Assembly (NCBI GenBank): GCA_013265495.1
Contig: MU058636.1
Location: 4,685,741 to 4,749,740 of the forward strand
Reading direction: 5' to 3'
Length of the DNA stretch: 64,000 nucleotides
DNA from: Vicugna vicugna
Lineage: Eukaryota
The notes beneath the pieces were generated by a model. That model made no database searches. It had not been told where the DNA came from and saw only the letters and a program-made list of their open reading frames with translations. Shown here in pieces: positions 30,626-45,279 of the stretch. Both the position numbers and the translations under genes were made by a program. How positions within the stretch are numbered: position 1 is the stretch's first letter; every line of letters starts with the position of its first letter.

Positions 30626-33001
30626 TAGCGGGTTAAACAAGTGGAGGGACCATCTTTGTCTTTTCCTTTCTTTCTTTTTTTGGCATAATGGAGTTTGTGC
30701 ACCTAAGCCCAGGTTTTGAAGTTGTTTTACTCTCACAGACTTGAGCAGCCACCTTCTTGTGGGTTGAAAGAGATTTGATTTGAGGTCCTTTTAAAATGAA
30801 ACATTTTTGTGTTTTCCACGTAGTGTGAACACTGCTGATTAACAAATTGGTCTGTGTCTGAGATCGCGGAGACTGAGAAACCCTTGCTTTGTCCTGACTT
30901 TTATAAAGCAATATGCCAAGTGAGGTGTGGGTGTATGCATGTGTTGGGGGAAATTTTTTCCTACGTAGGGACCAATTACACAATCTGTACATTGATTCCG
31001 TTTGGCAGACTATCAGAATTTTCAGTATCACAGTATTATACACAAAAGAGATTCACACAGAACAGTCCTAATCAGGCTCTCTGAGGAGAAAAGTAAGTTA
31101 CGGACACAGTTTCCCTATTTAGAAGGTCAGCTTAAAGAAAAAAAAAAATCTAACAATGTGTATTTCATTTAAAGTTTATTTTATCAAAATTTCAATAAAA
31201 TTTCCTGTCTAAAACTATTAACTCCCACACTGTTTTTACATATGTGCCCACATATATGCCCATTAGTATAGAATTTTATTTCCTTATATTAGAAATACCA
31301 AAATAACCTATTGCTGTTAGGATAAAGTTTTCTTTAACCTGAGTTTGGTTACGGTGGTGTAAATTTAAAAGTGAAAAAAAAAAAAAGAAAAAAATTTATA
31401 AAAATATATTTCTGATCCTTCTAATGGAAAAATCTAATACTGGCCATTTGTATTCTTTTATAGTGCACTAAAAATATACCAGAGATCTAGCAAAATCTGC
31501 CCTTGGTTAGGGCAGCCAACCAAATTGCAATCACCTAAAAATACTGAAGCTTAAGAAAGAATTATTTCTAAGACTGCCTCACTGCAAAAGGACTAGAACC
31601 AGGATTCTTAGAATTTGCAGTGTCCTTTTTTTGCCAAAAAAAGGGGGGGGGGATATAAAGGAAATTTGTCTGAGATTAAAATGCCAGAATCTTAAGATTG
31701 AGAAATTAAATTTCATTGAAAGGACATCACAAAATAAGTGTAACATTTGACATTTCTCAGTCTTGCAATAATCATTTTCTCAATTTTTCTATTTTGAATG
31801 CTAAGTTGTATAGATTTCTCATACAGAGCCTTTCCTAAGTAGTAATATTTTCATGAACTCATACAGAAATCTAATTTTCTCAAGGAATTCTATCAAGAAA
31901 AGGTTGAGTCTAATTTCTGAAAAGCTATCTGTTTTTCAACATGAGCTAGGTTTCTGTAGTGTTTGGTGTACCTATGATGTTTGAAAGAGAAGATAAAAGA
32001 TATTTTTAAAAGAACTCAGCCCACCCCCAATAGATTAAGTTTATACACACTGATAACCCAGCCCAATCACCAGAGGCCCGTCTTGTTGGCACCACTCTAG
32101 TTTTAAAGCAGGAAGCAGCAGATATGGATAAGCCTCTGAAACACAGTCTTTACAAGCAATTCCTTCAAAGACATAAGATATCCTATTTCCTTAACATATC
32201 TGTAAACATTCCTAATTTCCCTGTTAATCCTATACTCAAAATACTAAGCTGGTAGCCATATGTCAGCCCATGATAACGCCCTAATTCATAGATATGTCTC
32301 TTTTGCCTTGGTTTTGTTTTTGTTGTAAGAAAATGACTCACGGAACCCTGTATGTGTGATCTCTTCCTCTCCTCTTCTGCTCTGGGACACAGTTGCCTTC
32401 CTTCCTCTCATAAAGAACAATCAGTTCTCCGGAGGGTTTCCCCCTGGCCCGCGTTCAAGCCCAGCCTCTTTTTCCATTCCACTTGCCACATCTCTTTCCT
32501 GCCCCCGACTGATCCCAGCCCTGCCTGCCCTAGGGCCCTCTCCTCGCTGCTCTTCCCACGTGTCATAGCGAGCTGGGTATCTGTTAGAGTCGAGGGATGT
32601 TCCGCAGGTTAAAGCATGTGTGTATGTAGATCTCAGAAGGTTTTCCCCATGGAAAGGCCTTTCAGCATGGTGGGCTCAGTGAGTAACTGCGGATCACTCG
32701 TGCGCACTGCGGATAGGTATGGAGCCGTGACCATCCCATCATTTCCACGGGTAAGAGACCCTCGATTGGACGGCCGGCTTTGGCAGGCTGGGGTTGTACA
32801 ATGGGAAGAGTTCCAAATCCAGGGATGGCGGTTCTCATCCCCGCTCTGGCCCTGCCAGTCTCCCTGGTATCAGACATGGCCCTTCCCCACGACAAACATC
32901 CACGTCTTGTCTATGAAATGTGGTGGCTGAACCAGGGGGGCCTCTAGGGTCCTTCCTAAGTTTAGCATCTATACTCCATAAACGTGGGTCAAAAATGGTA
33001 A

Positions 33002-33340
<339 letters not shown>

Positions 33341-34224
33341 TAAGGCAGCCCTGGGGCGCCTGTACCTGTCACGTCTTACTGGGTTCGCTCTAACTCCAGC
33401 TAAATGTCAGGCTTGCACTGCTGGGACTTCCTAATGGAGTCCAAGTTGACATCTAACTTGGAGGGCTCTCGGCGGGATGGAATCATCTGACCCCAGTGGG
33501 GGGCCTCATGTGGAGCTGAAAGGGCTGGGCACGCAGGAACTCATGAAGCCCTAGAGTAACGCGCAAAGCCAACGAAGGGCCTGGGGACGGGGTCCAGGCC
33601 CTGTCAGCTCGGAAAATAAGCAAGCTTGGCAGGGCTTGGGAGCAGGGAGTTCTTTCCACTTTGAGTTGAGAGTCCAGAACAAGAGGCCCTTTATAAGCTA
33701 AATACCTACTCTTTGTTTAAGGGGGTGGCTTTCAGCCTCGTGGCTGACATTTCTGAGACTAGTAAGATCTAGTCAGAGAATATGAATAGGAAAAAATATA
33801 AAGAGGAATCAATTTTTTAAAAACCACTAATGCAGCATCTAGAATAAATTACAAAGGATAACGCTGCAGATGTACTGTAGCATCAGAGAAGAAAGCCAGA
33901 ATCCTAAAACCACTCCTCTGAACGTTAAAAGTAAGAACTAAGTGAGAGCTTCTGGCTGGACAGAGGCCTTCTGCTACGGTGACCCCTGTCTATCCGTCTA
34001 GGTGAAGCCTGGAGGAGGACATGGCTTTGCACACTTTGTTCTTTTTTCTCCTTTCTTTGTCCCTCTCTGTCTCATCCTGCATCTCTCTTCTTTCATTTCC
34101 TTCCCTCCCTCGTCCCCTTTCTTCAGACATTTATGCATATGCACTCATTAATACTTTTCCTCCACAAAAGAGAAGTAAAAAGATTCAAAATTTTTCTCAT
34201 CCTTTTTTTGTATAGAAAAGTGAA

Positions 34225-34465
34225 AAGAGGAAAGAGATAAATTAGGGGTTTGGGATTAACAGATACACATTACTATATATAAAATAACAAGGCCCTACTG
34301 TATAGCACAGGGAAGTGTATATTCAGTATCTTATAAGCTATAATGGAAAAGAATCTGAAATATATATATGTATATATATACCTGAATCACTTGGCTGTAC
34401 AGCTGAAATTAACACTGTAAATTAACTATACTTCAATTAAAAAAATTAAATTAAAAAAAAAGAAA
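34225..34465 (+). mobile_element. Short L1 3'UTR fragment
   Basis: gagataaattaggggtttgggattaac...tatacttcaattaaaaaa; similar to the 3' end of the L1 at ~12035-12250. Confidence 0.8.
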
Positions 34466-34723
34466 AATGGGAAGGACTGAAATGGCCAAACGAATGTTTG
34501 CTGTGCAGGGAAAGGCCGGCAGGAAAGTGAGGGGCAGTTGCTGAAGGCTAAACAAGGTACCACATCTGTAGAAAGGAAATCAGAATTGGAGGAATCCAGA
34601 GATTACAGAGGGGAAAATTCTGTTTCCTAGAGTCAAAAAAGAATCCTGGAGCCTCCGAATGAAGGCCAGGTTCCCAGAACAACCTCGGCGGGAGGAGCGG
34701 GCAGAAGGGGCAGCCTCGGGTGA

Positions 34724-35335
<612 letters not shown>

Positions 35336-38168
35336 TGAATTCCTTAAGCATGCCAGCTGTAGCTGTGAACACTTGCTTACTTTCCTTAGCTGCTACTAAA
35401 CAGATGAAAGGTCATTCTTTGCTCCTATGTGACCCACAGCCCAGCTAGTCTCTATAGGGTCTTTGTGCAAATTGGAAACAAATGTCCCTCCCTGGAAGGG
35501 TTGCAGTACCATACGTGGCCAGAAGAGGGCAGGCTGGGTGTCAACCACAAGAAGTTCTGTGTAGCAGCCTCGCGCGTGGACACCTTCAGATTTCACTTGC
35601 TCCCCCATAATACACTTACAACGACTACTGAAGTAGATGTGGCGGGAGCTTGACTTCTGATTGGTGGTTGAAAGTTTATAACATGCCTTGTTATAACTAG
35701 CCCTGTGTGCCCTGAGGCTGATATGGACTAGGGGAAAAGGGCAGTGCTGGAAATACTACTCAGCCATGAAGATGAGGTTACAGGAGATTGAACTGGGGGC
35801 TGGAGGGACTGTTAGGCTTGAGACAGAAAATAATGGGCTGCTGAGAAGTAAGAATTCCAGAAGCACCCCAACACAAAGCCAGAGTGAAATTTAAAAATAG
35901 ACTACCAGAATGCTATCACTTGAGGTAAATGTAATTGTTAAGGATTCAGGAGCAGAGTAATTTATTGTATTTACATTGTTCTAAAGTCTATTTTTAAATA
36001 ATGGTTAATAATGTATATTTCAGTAATTGTGGTAATTTTTGTGTTATAGTCATGACTCTCCATGCTCAGTGTTACCGTCCTGAGCAGCCCTCTTCCCTCT
36101 GCCAAGAGCTGTCCTCTCTCCTTGTCCCTCAGCTGTACTCCCAGGGATACGCAGATCCCTGACTGGATGTCACTTCAGTCAGTGAAGACTTCCCTTCCTG
36201 CTTTCTCCCCCCCGTCACTTGGGACCCGAGCACATGGTGGCTGCATCTGTTCCCTCGTCACACTGCACTGGGATCACCTGTTAGGTGTCTGTCTCCCCCA
36301 GAGAAGGCAGGTTATGGGATCATGCTTTGATTCCCCAGCTGTTCGCACAGTTGCTCTGCTCAGTAAATGCAGTAAAATGGGGATGTTTTTAATATAAACC
36401 TTAAATGTACACCTTCTGACTTAATGCCAGGATAGCAACAGGTTGTCATATGAGCAGGGACGTGGGGCTGGACCGTGGCAGGGGCGGGCAGACACAGACA
36501 GTGGGGTTTGGCTTATTTTCTCATCAGTGTATTGGATCAATTCCTAAGGAGCTTAACTGCAGTAATAATACAGATGTGTACCTCCTAGTTCAGTTTTTAA
36601 GAATTTTCTCAGCTACCATCAAGTGCTCTGTGATTGAGAGCAATACTGGTAGCAAAATCAGTATTAATCAAATATGCTGGGAATGAAACACACTTCAGAC
36701 GTGCAGTCTATTAACCTCTCATTTCATCCTCACCATGTCTGTTTACTGTTTTTCAACCTTTCCTTGTGAGTCTGCACCATGTTTCCCTGTTTGGTTGGAT
36801 TCTGGACAAAGTGCAGAGGAGGTAATTGCAAGAATAACTTGGTTTTAAAATCAAGGAAATGGTTTCTAATGTCCAGCATGGACATCGTTCCAAGTGTCTC
36901 ACTGTGTTTCCTTCCCACTGCTCCTGTATTAGAATATTGTCATTTGGTCACACACAGTGCCACCAAACTGTGATATTTTTATCTGGAAGTCACATGTGGC
37001 TCTGAAGTTCCCTGAAAGATCTAGCTTCTCAGTACAATACAAAATAAACCCAAATCTCGCCGGTTCCTTGGATAAGACGGAAGGAGCCCTAAGCTATTTG
37101 GAGGACCTGGATCACATGGCATTTCCTGTGTCTTTTGGCTGCAACGTTCTGTTGTGTTTTTTTTTTTTAACTGCACATAAACTAACAGCACCATAAAGAC
37201 ATATGAATGTTATGCCCTCCAGCAAGATTTGCAGATATATCAAATAGAAAGTAAATAATATGCCACGTGGTTGGCATTTTTCTAATAAGGAACCAAGAGC
37301 CTGCTGCTGTTTGGGGGACCTGCTAACTTCCCCAGAGCAGGGCCAGACGGATTTCTCAGGGACTGGATTCTCCAGTTCAGAAGGCATGACATCTCTCTGG
37401 GGAAAGCCAGTGCCCAGGACTGGAATTATTTTTTGGTTAACTATTTTCTTCCTTTTGTTACTGTGTGTTAGAAGCTGGAGCTAAAAGTGTTCTCATTTTG
37501 GCACTGACTCAGGCACAGTGAATCAGGTTCTTCCTCAGTGTGGTGTTTCACCAGATAGTAGAGGACGAGTAGGACTGCTCAGGGAGCATTACGGGTTGAG
37601 GGGAGGAACATGAACTTGGAACCAGGCTCCCCTTCCCCCATCACTTACCAGTTGTGTGTCCTTGAGTGAGTCCTTTAATTGCACTTAACCTCAATGTCTT
37701 CACCTGGCTGGGAGGCTCAGTGGGTTGACGGACTCGAAGCTGTAAGACAGAGACCCCAATCACACATGCTGTCCCAGGGAGAGGGGTCCCATCTAGAATT
37801 TACCCTGTAATTCTTCAGAAGGCCCCATGTTAGTGCTCTGTCTCACGGAAACAGAAAACGTTTATCCCGTGCCCTGTTTCCTCTCATCCACATTGACGTC
37901 ATCTCAGGAATCCTCACACTAGGACTCACGCTGCTGACCAGCACCGACCATCCACAGAAAGCAAAGCAGCATTTATGTAAAAGATTATACGAACGTCCAC
38001 AACTGAGAAATGGCATTTTAGGCAGAAATTTTGTCCTCACCAGGTGATTATTTACATAAGACCAACATTCACTCTGCCTCTGTCACCTCCCTCGCTACAC
38101 AGAGAACCTGTGCTCATTTGTTATTCTTACAAAGATTAAAAAATAGCTTTTTCTAGTACGTGAGTTAA

Positions 38169-38768
<600 letters not shown>

Positions 38769-39463
38769 TGATGAGTTTAAAGGCTGTTTGAAACGGTCTC
38801 TGGCTGGCAGCTGACTCGTGACTATAAATACAGTGCTAACCTTGCACGGCAGGCGAGCTCTGGAGGGCACGTTACCGCTTACCTGCCCCGTGCACACCAC
38901 AGAACCATCGCCTGTGCTGAGGGACCGCGGAGGCTTAGTGTCAATGAGGATGTGCTTAGATTTTAAGTCTTTGAAGAGTCGGTCTGTCCAAGAACTTGGT
39001 TGGTGGCTGGCTGTCTTGCACAAGGAATACAACATGAGAAGTCATTCTGTGTTAAGGGATTTAAAGTACAGATTAAATACAAAATCAGTCTGCAAATCTA
39101 TTTGGGGGTCTGTCTTCACATTACTTGGAGTATTACTGGGTGAAGACACTGGAGTCCATGCTTAACATTGGTACCAAGTCTTAATAAGCGTTTCTGTGGA
39201 ATGCTTGTTAAGGTTTGTCTGTATTTTTCCCGTATCAGTGTAGACATTCTTATAGGAGATTTAGATTAACCACTTGTATTCAAATGCAGGTGCAGGTGAT
39301 AGTGGAGCAAAACTACAAACTGCGCAGCTTATTAAAATGGCTGCCACAGCCCCCACTTCACGTGACGTCTGACGTTACTTCTCTCTTCTAGCTGCGTAGC
39401 CGTGCCCTGGTCTGGGTATCTCTCTAGCAGCTGTTTTAATACCAAGTGTTTTCCTCTCTTTAG

Positions 39464-39604
<141 letters not shown>

Positions 39605-39853
39605 TGAGTATCTGCCTAATGTCACTTTATCAACGTTATAACTTTTCTTTCCTCAGAAATTAAAAATTGTTCATTACTTCCTTCCAGGGTTAGCCTCACC
39701 CAAAACTAGTTGAGGTGGATCCCGGCTGTCTCCTCCTCTTGGTAGCTGTTTCTCGCTGACGCCATGGCTTCTCTTGGTCTTAGCTCCTGCTCTTTACTTT
39801 TTCCTCCCTTCAAAGATCTAAACTGTAAAATATTAGAGACAGAGGTGGTCCAG

Positions 39854-39985
39854 TGGGGGGAGGGTATAGCTCGAGTGTAAAGCACATGCTCAGCACCCAA
39901 GAGGTCCTGAGTTCAATCCCCAGTACCTCCTCCAAGCAGAAATCAACGAAGAAGCCTAATCACCTCCCCCGTGTAAAACAATACA
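39854..39985 (+). mobile_element. tRNA-derived camelid SINE
   Basis: ggggggagggtatagctc...gttcaatccccagtacctcc; 13-bp TSD agaggtggtccag / agaagtggtccag. Confidence 0.88.
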
Positions 39986-40084
39986 AGAAGTGGTCCAGAA
40001 ACCATCCATGCAAACCCCCGGTCCATGATGCAAATAATCATGTGGAATTTCTAGGGAGCACTGCCTGTCATATACTGAGCACTA

Positions 40085-40250
40085 TAAAAAGAGCATGGAT
40101 TTTGAAGTCAGATGGACTGGAGTTCAGATTGCAGCTCGGCCAGTTAAGGATGAGTGACCTTGAATAAGTTGCTGACCGTCTCGTCTCAGGTTCACCATCT
40201 GCGAGGCAGTGATAATAGTAATTAACTTGCAGAACTGTTGTAAGGATATA
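40085..40250 (+). mobile_element. MIR fragment
   Basis: aagagcatggattttgaagtcagatggactgg...tgaccttgaataagtt...ttgtaaggat. Confidence 0.6.
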
Positions 40251-40309
40251 ACCATCATCACAGTCCCAGCCCCTGTCATCTCCTGAGTTCCCTTCTATGC
40301 GCCCAACAA

Positions 40310-40470
40310 CCTGATAAGAGTTACATCTCTTATATTAAATCGTGTAACACTTACAACTACCCTGGGAGCTGCTACTATTATTCTCGTTAGCTGGGAGGTA
40401 GAAGAGTAGTATTGAAACCCAGGTCTGTGGGATTTAAAGGTCCATGCTCTTAACCACAACACAATACTGC
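40310..40470 (-). mobile_element. MIR fragment, opposite orientation to its neighbour
   Basis: ttgaaaccccaggtctgtgggatttaaaggtccatgctcttaaccac. Confidence 0.55.
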
Positions 40471-41394
40471 CTTTAAAATAGAAATAATATATGTAAACTA
40501 CCCAGCACAAGTGCCTCCTACACAGAAAACGTTCACTGTAAAGTTCCTGGGCTTTTGTTTATTGTTACTGTCATTACTTAGCTCGTGACCTGTCAAAGGG
40601 AGAGAGTTCTGACTTCCTGCTGCAACTGTCCCCTTTGTCTTCTCTTTCTGTGGCTCTTTTGCTGTCATTGTTTTCCAGCTTCTCAGTCATCAGTTCATAA
40701 AAGTAATCCTTTCATTCTGGGTGGTGAACGAGCCAGTCTTCCGACGTCAAGTGTGAATTTTAGTTCTTCAGTGCCTGCTGTCTTCTGCCCAGAGGTTCCT
40801 TTCACATCTGTATTAGTTACTAACCCAGATACTTAAGACTGGCAGAATCTCTAAGCAGCTGGGCTATTATTATAATATTATATTATTATATATTATAATA
40901 TATTACATTATAATATATTATTATTATAGCCCTTCTTACGGTGAAAGAGGCCTTCTCCATAGAAGCCATGCAATACAACAGAGAGGAAGGGGCTCCAGGA
41001 GTTGGGTTGCATTGTCCAGGACTACCCAGCCTGTGAGGAAGTGTAGGTCCCACCTCCTAATCCCAATCTTATGAAAGGTTTCTAACCATCTGTGACTTTG
41101 TTTTAGTTTATACATAAGTTAGGAATGGTCTGGTGAAACCATTCTTCAAGGTGATGCATCACAGTGTTGAAATTATAAATGTTGAAATTTTTTAATAACC
41201 ATCGCTGAACCCATAGAAACAGGTATTTTTATTCCAAATTGTTAATCTTTAACCAAAAATTTTTTTCAAAAAGTCATTTTAGCGAATTTTGTTCCACTGT
41301 GATTAGAAGCATAAGCTATCTTCCCCGACAGAATTGACGGTAAAAGTGCTCTTAGGACATCACTGTATTTACCTGCGTCTGTTTCTCTCTCTAA

Positions 41395-41541
<147 letters not shown>

Positions 41542-42059
41542 TGATCCACCCAAGAAGCGTGGAGCTTGAAAAAGGAAGAGGCAGAATGAGTCTTACCATA
41601 CATTCACGTGACACCTGTAGAGTAAGACAGAATGACATTCAACAAGCATGACTGTGTGTTGATGGGATCTGGGGTGGGTTCTTCCTTTTGGAAAAGCAGA
41701 CGTGTACAAAGAACCTTCCTGCTGGACACTAACTATACTAACCGTTTCCTAATAAATCTATTCTTCGTTCAGAATATAAAGGCAAATGTCATTAATTCTT
41801 CACTACACCACTTAGTTCCTTCCTTCAATGAAGAAAGTCTTTATTGACCTTCCAGCAATCACTCAAAAGAAGTTCTAAACGAGAAAAAAAAAATCGGTTT
41901 CAAAGTACACACCTCAGACCAGTTGGCTTGTAGATGTCTGCCATACTGTAAAGGCAACTGGGCAGAAAAGTGTGAACAGATTAAAATCATTCCTTCTGCA
42001 GTTGCTCCCGTGTGGCCCCCATGGTGGATACACTCATGAATTCTGCTCTGGTGGAGTTT

Positions 42060-42540
42060 CTGATCTGTTCAGGGAGACAGACATTAATCAAAGAGTCATA
42101 CGTGGTGTAAACTGTTAAGTGCCGTTAAGGAAAGGACAGAACAGTAGGCATGAAAGAATATAGCAAGAGAACCTGACCCCGTGGGCGGGCGGTTCTGGGA
42201 TGGCTTCTCCACAGACATGCTGTCTAAGCAGAGATCTCAGCCACGAGCTAGAGCTCGCCAGGTGAAGGGGTGGGTGGAGAGCCTGTGTCAAGGCCCCCAG
42301 GCAGGAGTATGGAAAGTGATGATGGGAGAAAAAGTGGAGCAGAGTCTGGGGAGGCTGGCAGAAGCCAGACCATGCAGGGCTGGGGTGCGAACCTTAGCAG
42401 CAGTGGTAAGTAATTCCATGTTTTACCAGGTGGTTGTGATTCCATCTCCCCTGGAAATGGACTGAAGTGGACAAGAGTGGATTTGAGAGGATGAGTTAGG
42501 AGGCTACTGACCGGTCAAAGCAGAGAAGGTGGTGGCACCT
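42060..42540 (-). mobile_element. L2 relic
   Basis: gggagacagacattaatcaa...ctgtgtcaaggcccccaggcagga...ccagaccatgcagggc. Confidence 0.5.
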
Positions 42541-45154
42541 TGGGATTACAGGGTCACACCTAGAAAAGCAGGTCAAACTGTGCATCCCTCAGAGTATGAG
42601 AAAGCACCTTCAGGGCTGGCCCTGAGGAGAAATGACAGTGTCACTCCATTCAAGTATGGCTCTCATGTCCAGAGTTGGTAGAGATATTTCTACCATTTGG
42701 CTCCCATTCCAAAACAAAACCCAACAAGTGTTTGACCTCAGAGCACGGCTTACCCTCCAGTGATTCACTCCAGCTCTCTTTTTTGTCAGATTCTCTGTCT
42801 TCTGGATGAGTTTGATGTTGCCAGTTATTCTGAGCATCCTTTGTGTGGGGACAAATGGAAGGCGGACAGGAAATGAGCTTTAATTCAAAGAATCTGTGTC
42901 TGGACATAAATTGCAAAGCTAACATGCCCAAAATGATTCCACATGTACATTCTAGTTCAGGGAAGTGTGGACTTTGTGGAAGGATTAGTACTCAGCTTAT
43001 TAAACCGAGCAACGTAAACCCTTGAGCAGTTGGAGACGTCAGTCGGCCAGAGCGAGTGACCACGTAGACAGGCACGTGGCATCTTCCCACCCCGAGCCCT
43101 GCCCCATCTGGTCTGGTCTTTGCCCGTAGCTGATTTCTAGTCATTCTTAACAGGTGACATAAGTGAGAAATGGCTATCATACTGTTTGCAGAAAAGGGTA
43201 TTGCTCTTTGCTGGGTGTTGAACATTTGTTTTCTGATTTTTCTTCTGTTGTCAACAGGAAGTTGTAGACATCAAATTAGTGAGGAAGGTGACACACTGGT
43301 GGCCTATAAGCTGTAAGCAATTCACAGATGTGTTTTATTTAGCTTGTACAATTTTTTAATTGACCCAACATTTAAAAATTAAAATTGTTCATACATACAC
43401 TCAAAACAGCATTTCTGGCATCTCTTTCAAAAAAAAAAAAAGAGCTAGCAACATGGGGCCTGCCTTTGTAAAGTCCAGCAATGACCCTGAGCTAACTATT
43501 GACCACCCCTCCACTGTCCCCTCAGCACACTGAGTCCCTGACCCTGCTGGCAAGAGCCAGATGCCAGTCATCACGATGCTGGACTGGCGTTTTCTGTATA
43601 ATGGAAACACGGGCCTCTGTACCTTAGGCCCCAAAACGGGGACATGAAAGCTACACACCAAGAGCTGTCTGTTTCCAGAAAAACGGGAGCGTTCTCCTCT
43701 GCCTCTGCAAGAAAATAAGATGCGAGCGCCTGTGTGCAGAGCTCACGCTGACGCGGAGGCAGGGAGAGAAGCCACAGTGTGTGTGCAAGACAGCGGAACA
43801 AACAGTGTCCTAAGAAACGTGTCTCTAATATGGGAGAAGTATCGGAGGGATGGCTTTTCTTCATAAAGACAGGTGTGATCAGTAAGGGATTTAGGCTTGC
43901 TGGTGATTACGGTACCAGCCCTCCTAGAGTGAGGCGCGTCGCACAGCGCACAGGATGTAGAACAAGGCAGGCGACGTGAGTCGCACGTGCCATGAGCATA
44001 GCTCCGCTCGTGGGCAGACACTGCTTTCCCTGGGGTTTCTCAGCCTGCGCCTGGAGGAGAGAGGGATCTTGTTATGACTTAAAACCAGCACTTCTGATTA
44101 AGGATTGTGGTTTCCCTTCTCCATCTCCCACGGGATTCACTCTGGAGTGGCTACTGCTGGGTAGTTAAGTTCCCGGAAATGTAGGAGGGGTGAAGCCTCT
44201 GGGCCCTGGGCTCTGGGCATCGGCCCTACCGCCAGTCAGCAGAGCTCGCCTCCCCCGTTCTGCAGAGCTGGCCCTGGGGCAGCTGGAGAGGCTGCCATTT
44301 CAACTGTTAGAAGTGATTTTAGTTCCTCTCTACAGCTGTTTCTGAGTGCTACTTGAACATTTGACTCCTTGGACTCAAATACAATCATTTATATTTAGTC
44401 CCACCACATTTTATCTTATTATAGTCAAGTCACCATAGAGTCTTTCTGGATACTAACCTTCATAGCTGTGTATTTCCCACCCCTGCCTAATCCATGAAGG
44501 AGAGTAGCCTGCAACCTCTGTTCTTCTACCAGCTGAACAAGCTACATGTTGAACAAGACAAGATGTTTCCACAGCTAAATTGCAACCCATTAAACATCAT
44601 CCTTCAGATACAATCAGTCTTTTGCTGTAAGGAATCCTCTTTCCTGTACTAAGGAAGTGTCTGCTGAAGCAAAAGTTTTCTTGAAAATAGCAAATACCTC
44701 AGTCTGTATAATCTGTATTATAGGTTTAAAGGTATTTATCTTTCAAAGCTTTGAAAGATATTCATGGCCAAGGTCAAAAAAATTTACTCAACAAACATAA
44801 CACAGTAGTCATCGGTGTTCTAGAGCCAAATGGTATTAGCAACAGGTGATTAGCATTGTTCACACCTGCTTAGGAGATGGCATGCGTCTGTTTTACTGAG
44901 TAGGAAAGCTTCAATATTTGGCTAGATTTTCCAAATGTTTTCTAGTTTAGCTTAAACCAGTGACTTTCAGAGATTAAACATGATGAAAATTATAACTTAT
45001 ATGGTATACTGAGGCCTACTTACTCAGATTTTTACCTAACTGGCTATATCATAAGCATAGAACTCATTTCAGAGCAGAACACAGAGGAACAAGTCTGGCT
45101 GTGCTGTTGTTAATGATTAAGACCTAGATTATTCCAGGTTCATCAGTTTTTTCA

Positions 45155-45279
45155 AAATTTTGGGGGGGAGGCAGGTAATGAGGTTTATTTATTTATTTTT
45201 AGAGGAGGTACTGGGGATTTAACTCAGGACCTCATGCATGCTAAGCATCTCTTCTACCACTGAGTTATACCCTCCCCCC
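45155..45279 (-). mobile_element. tRNA-derived camelid SINE, antisense
   Basis: ggaggtactggggattt...catgcatgctaagca...taccactgagttataccctcccc is the reverse complement of the SINE head. Confidence 0.88.
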
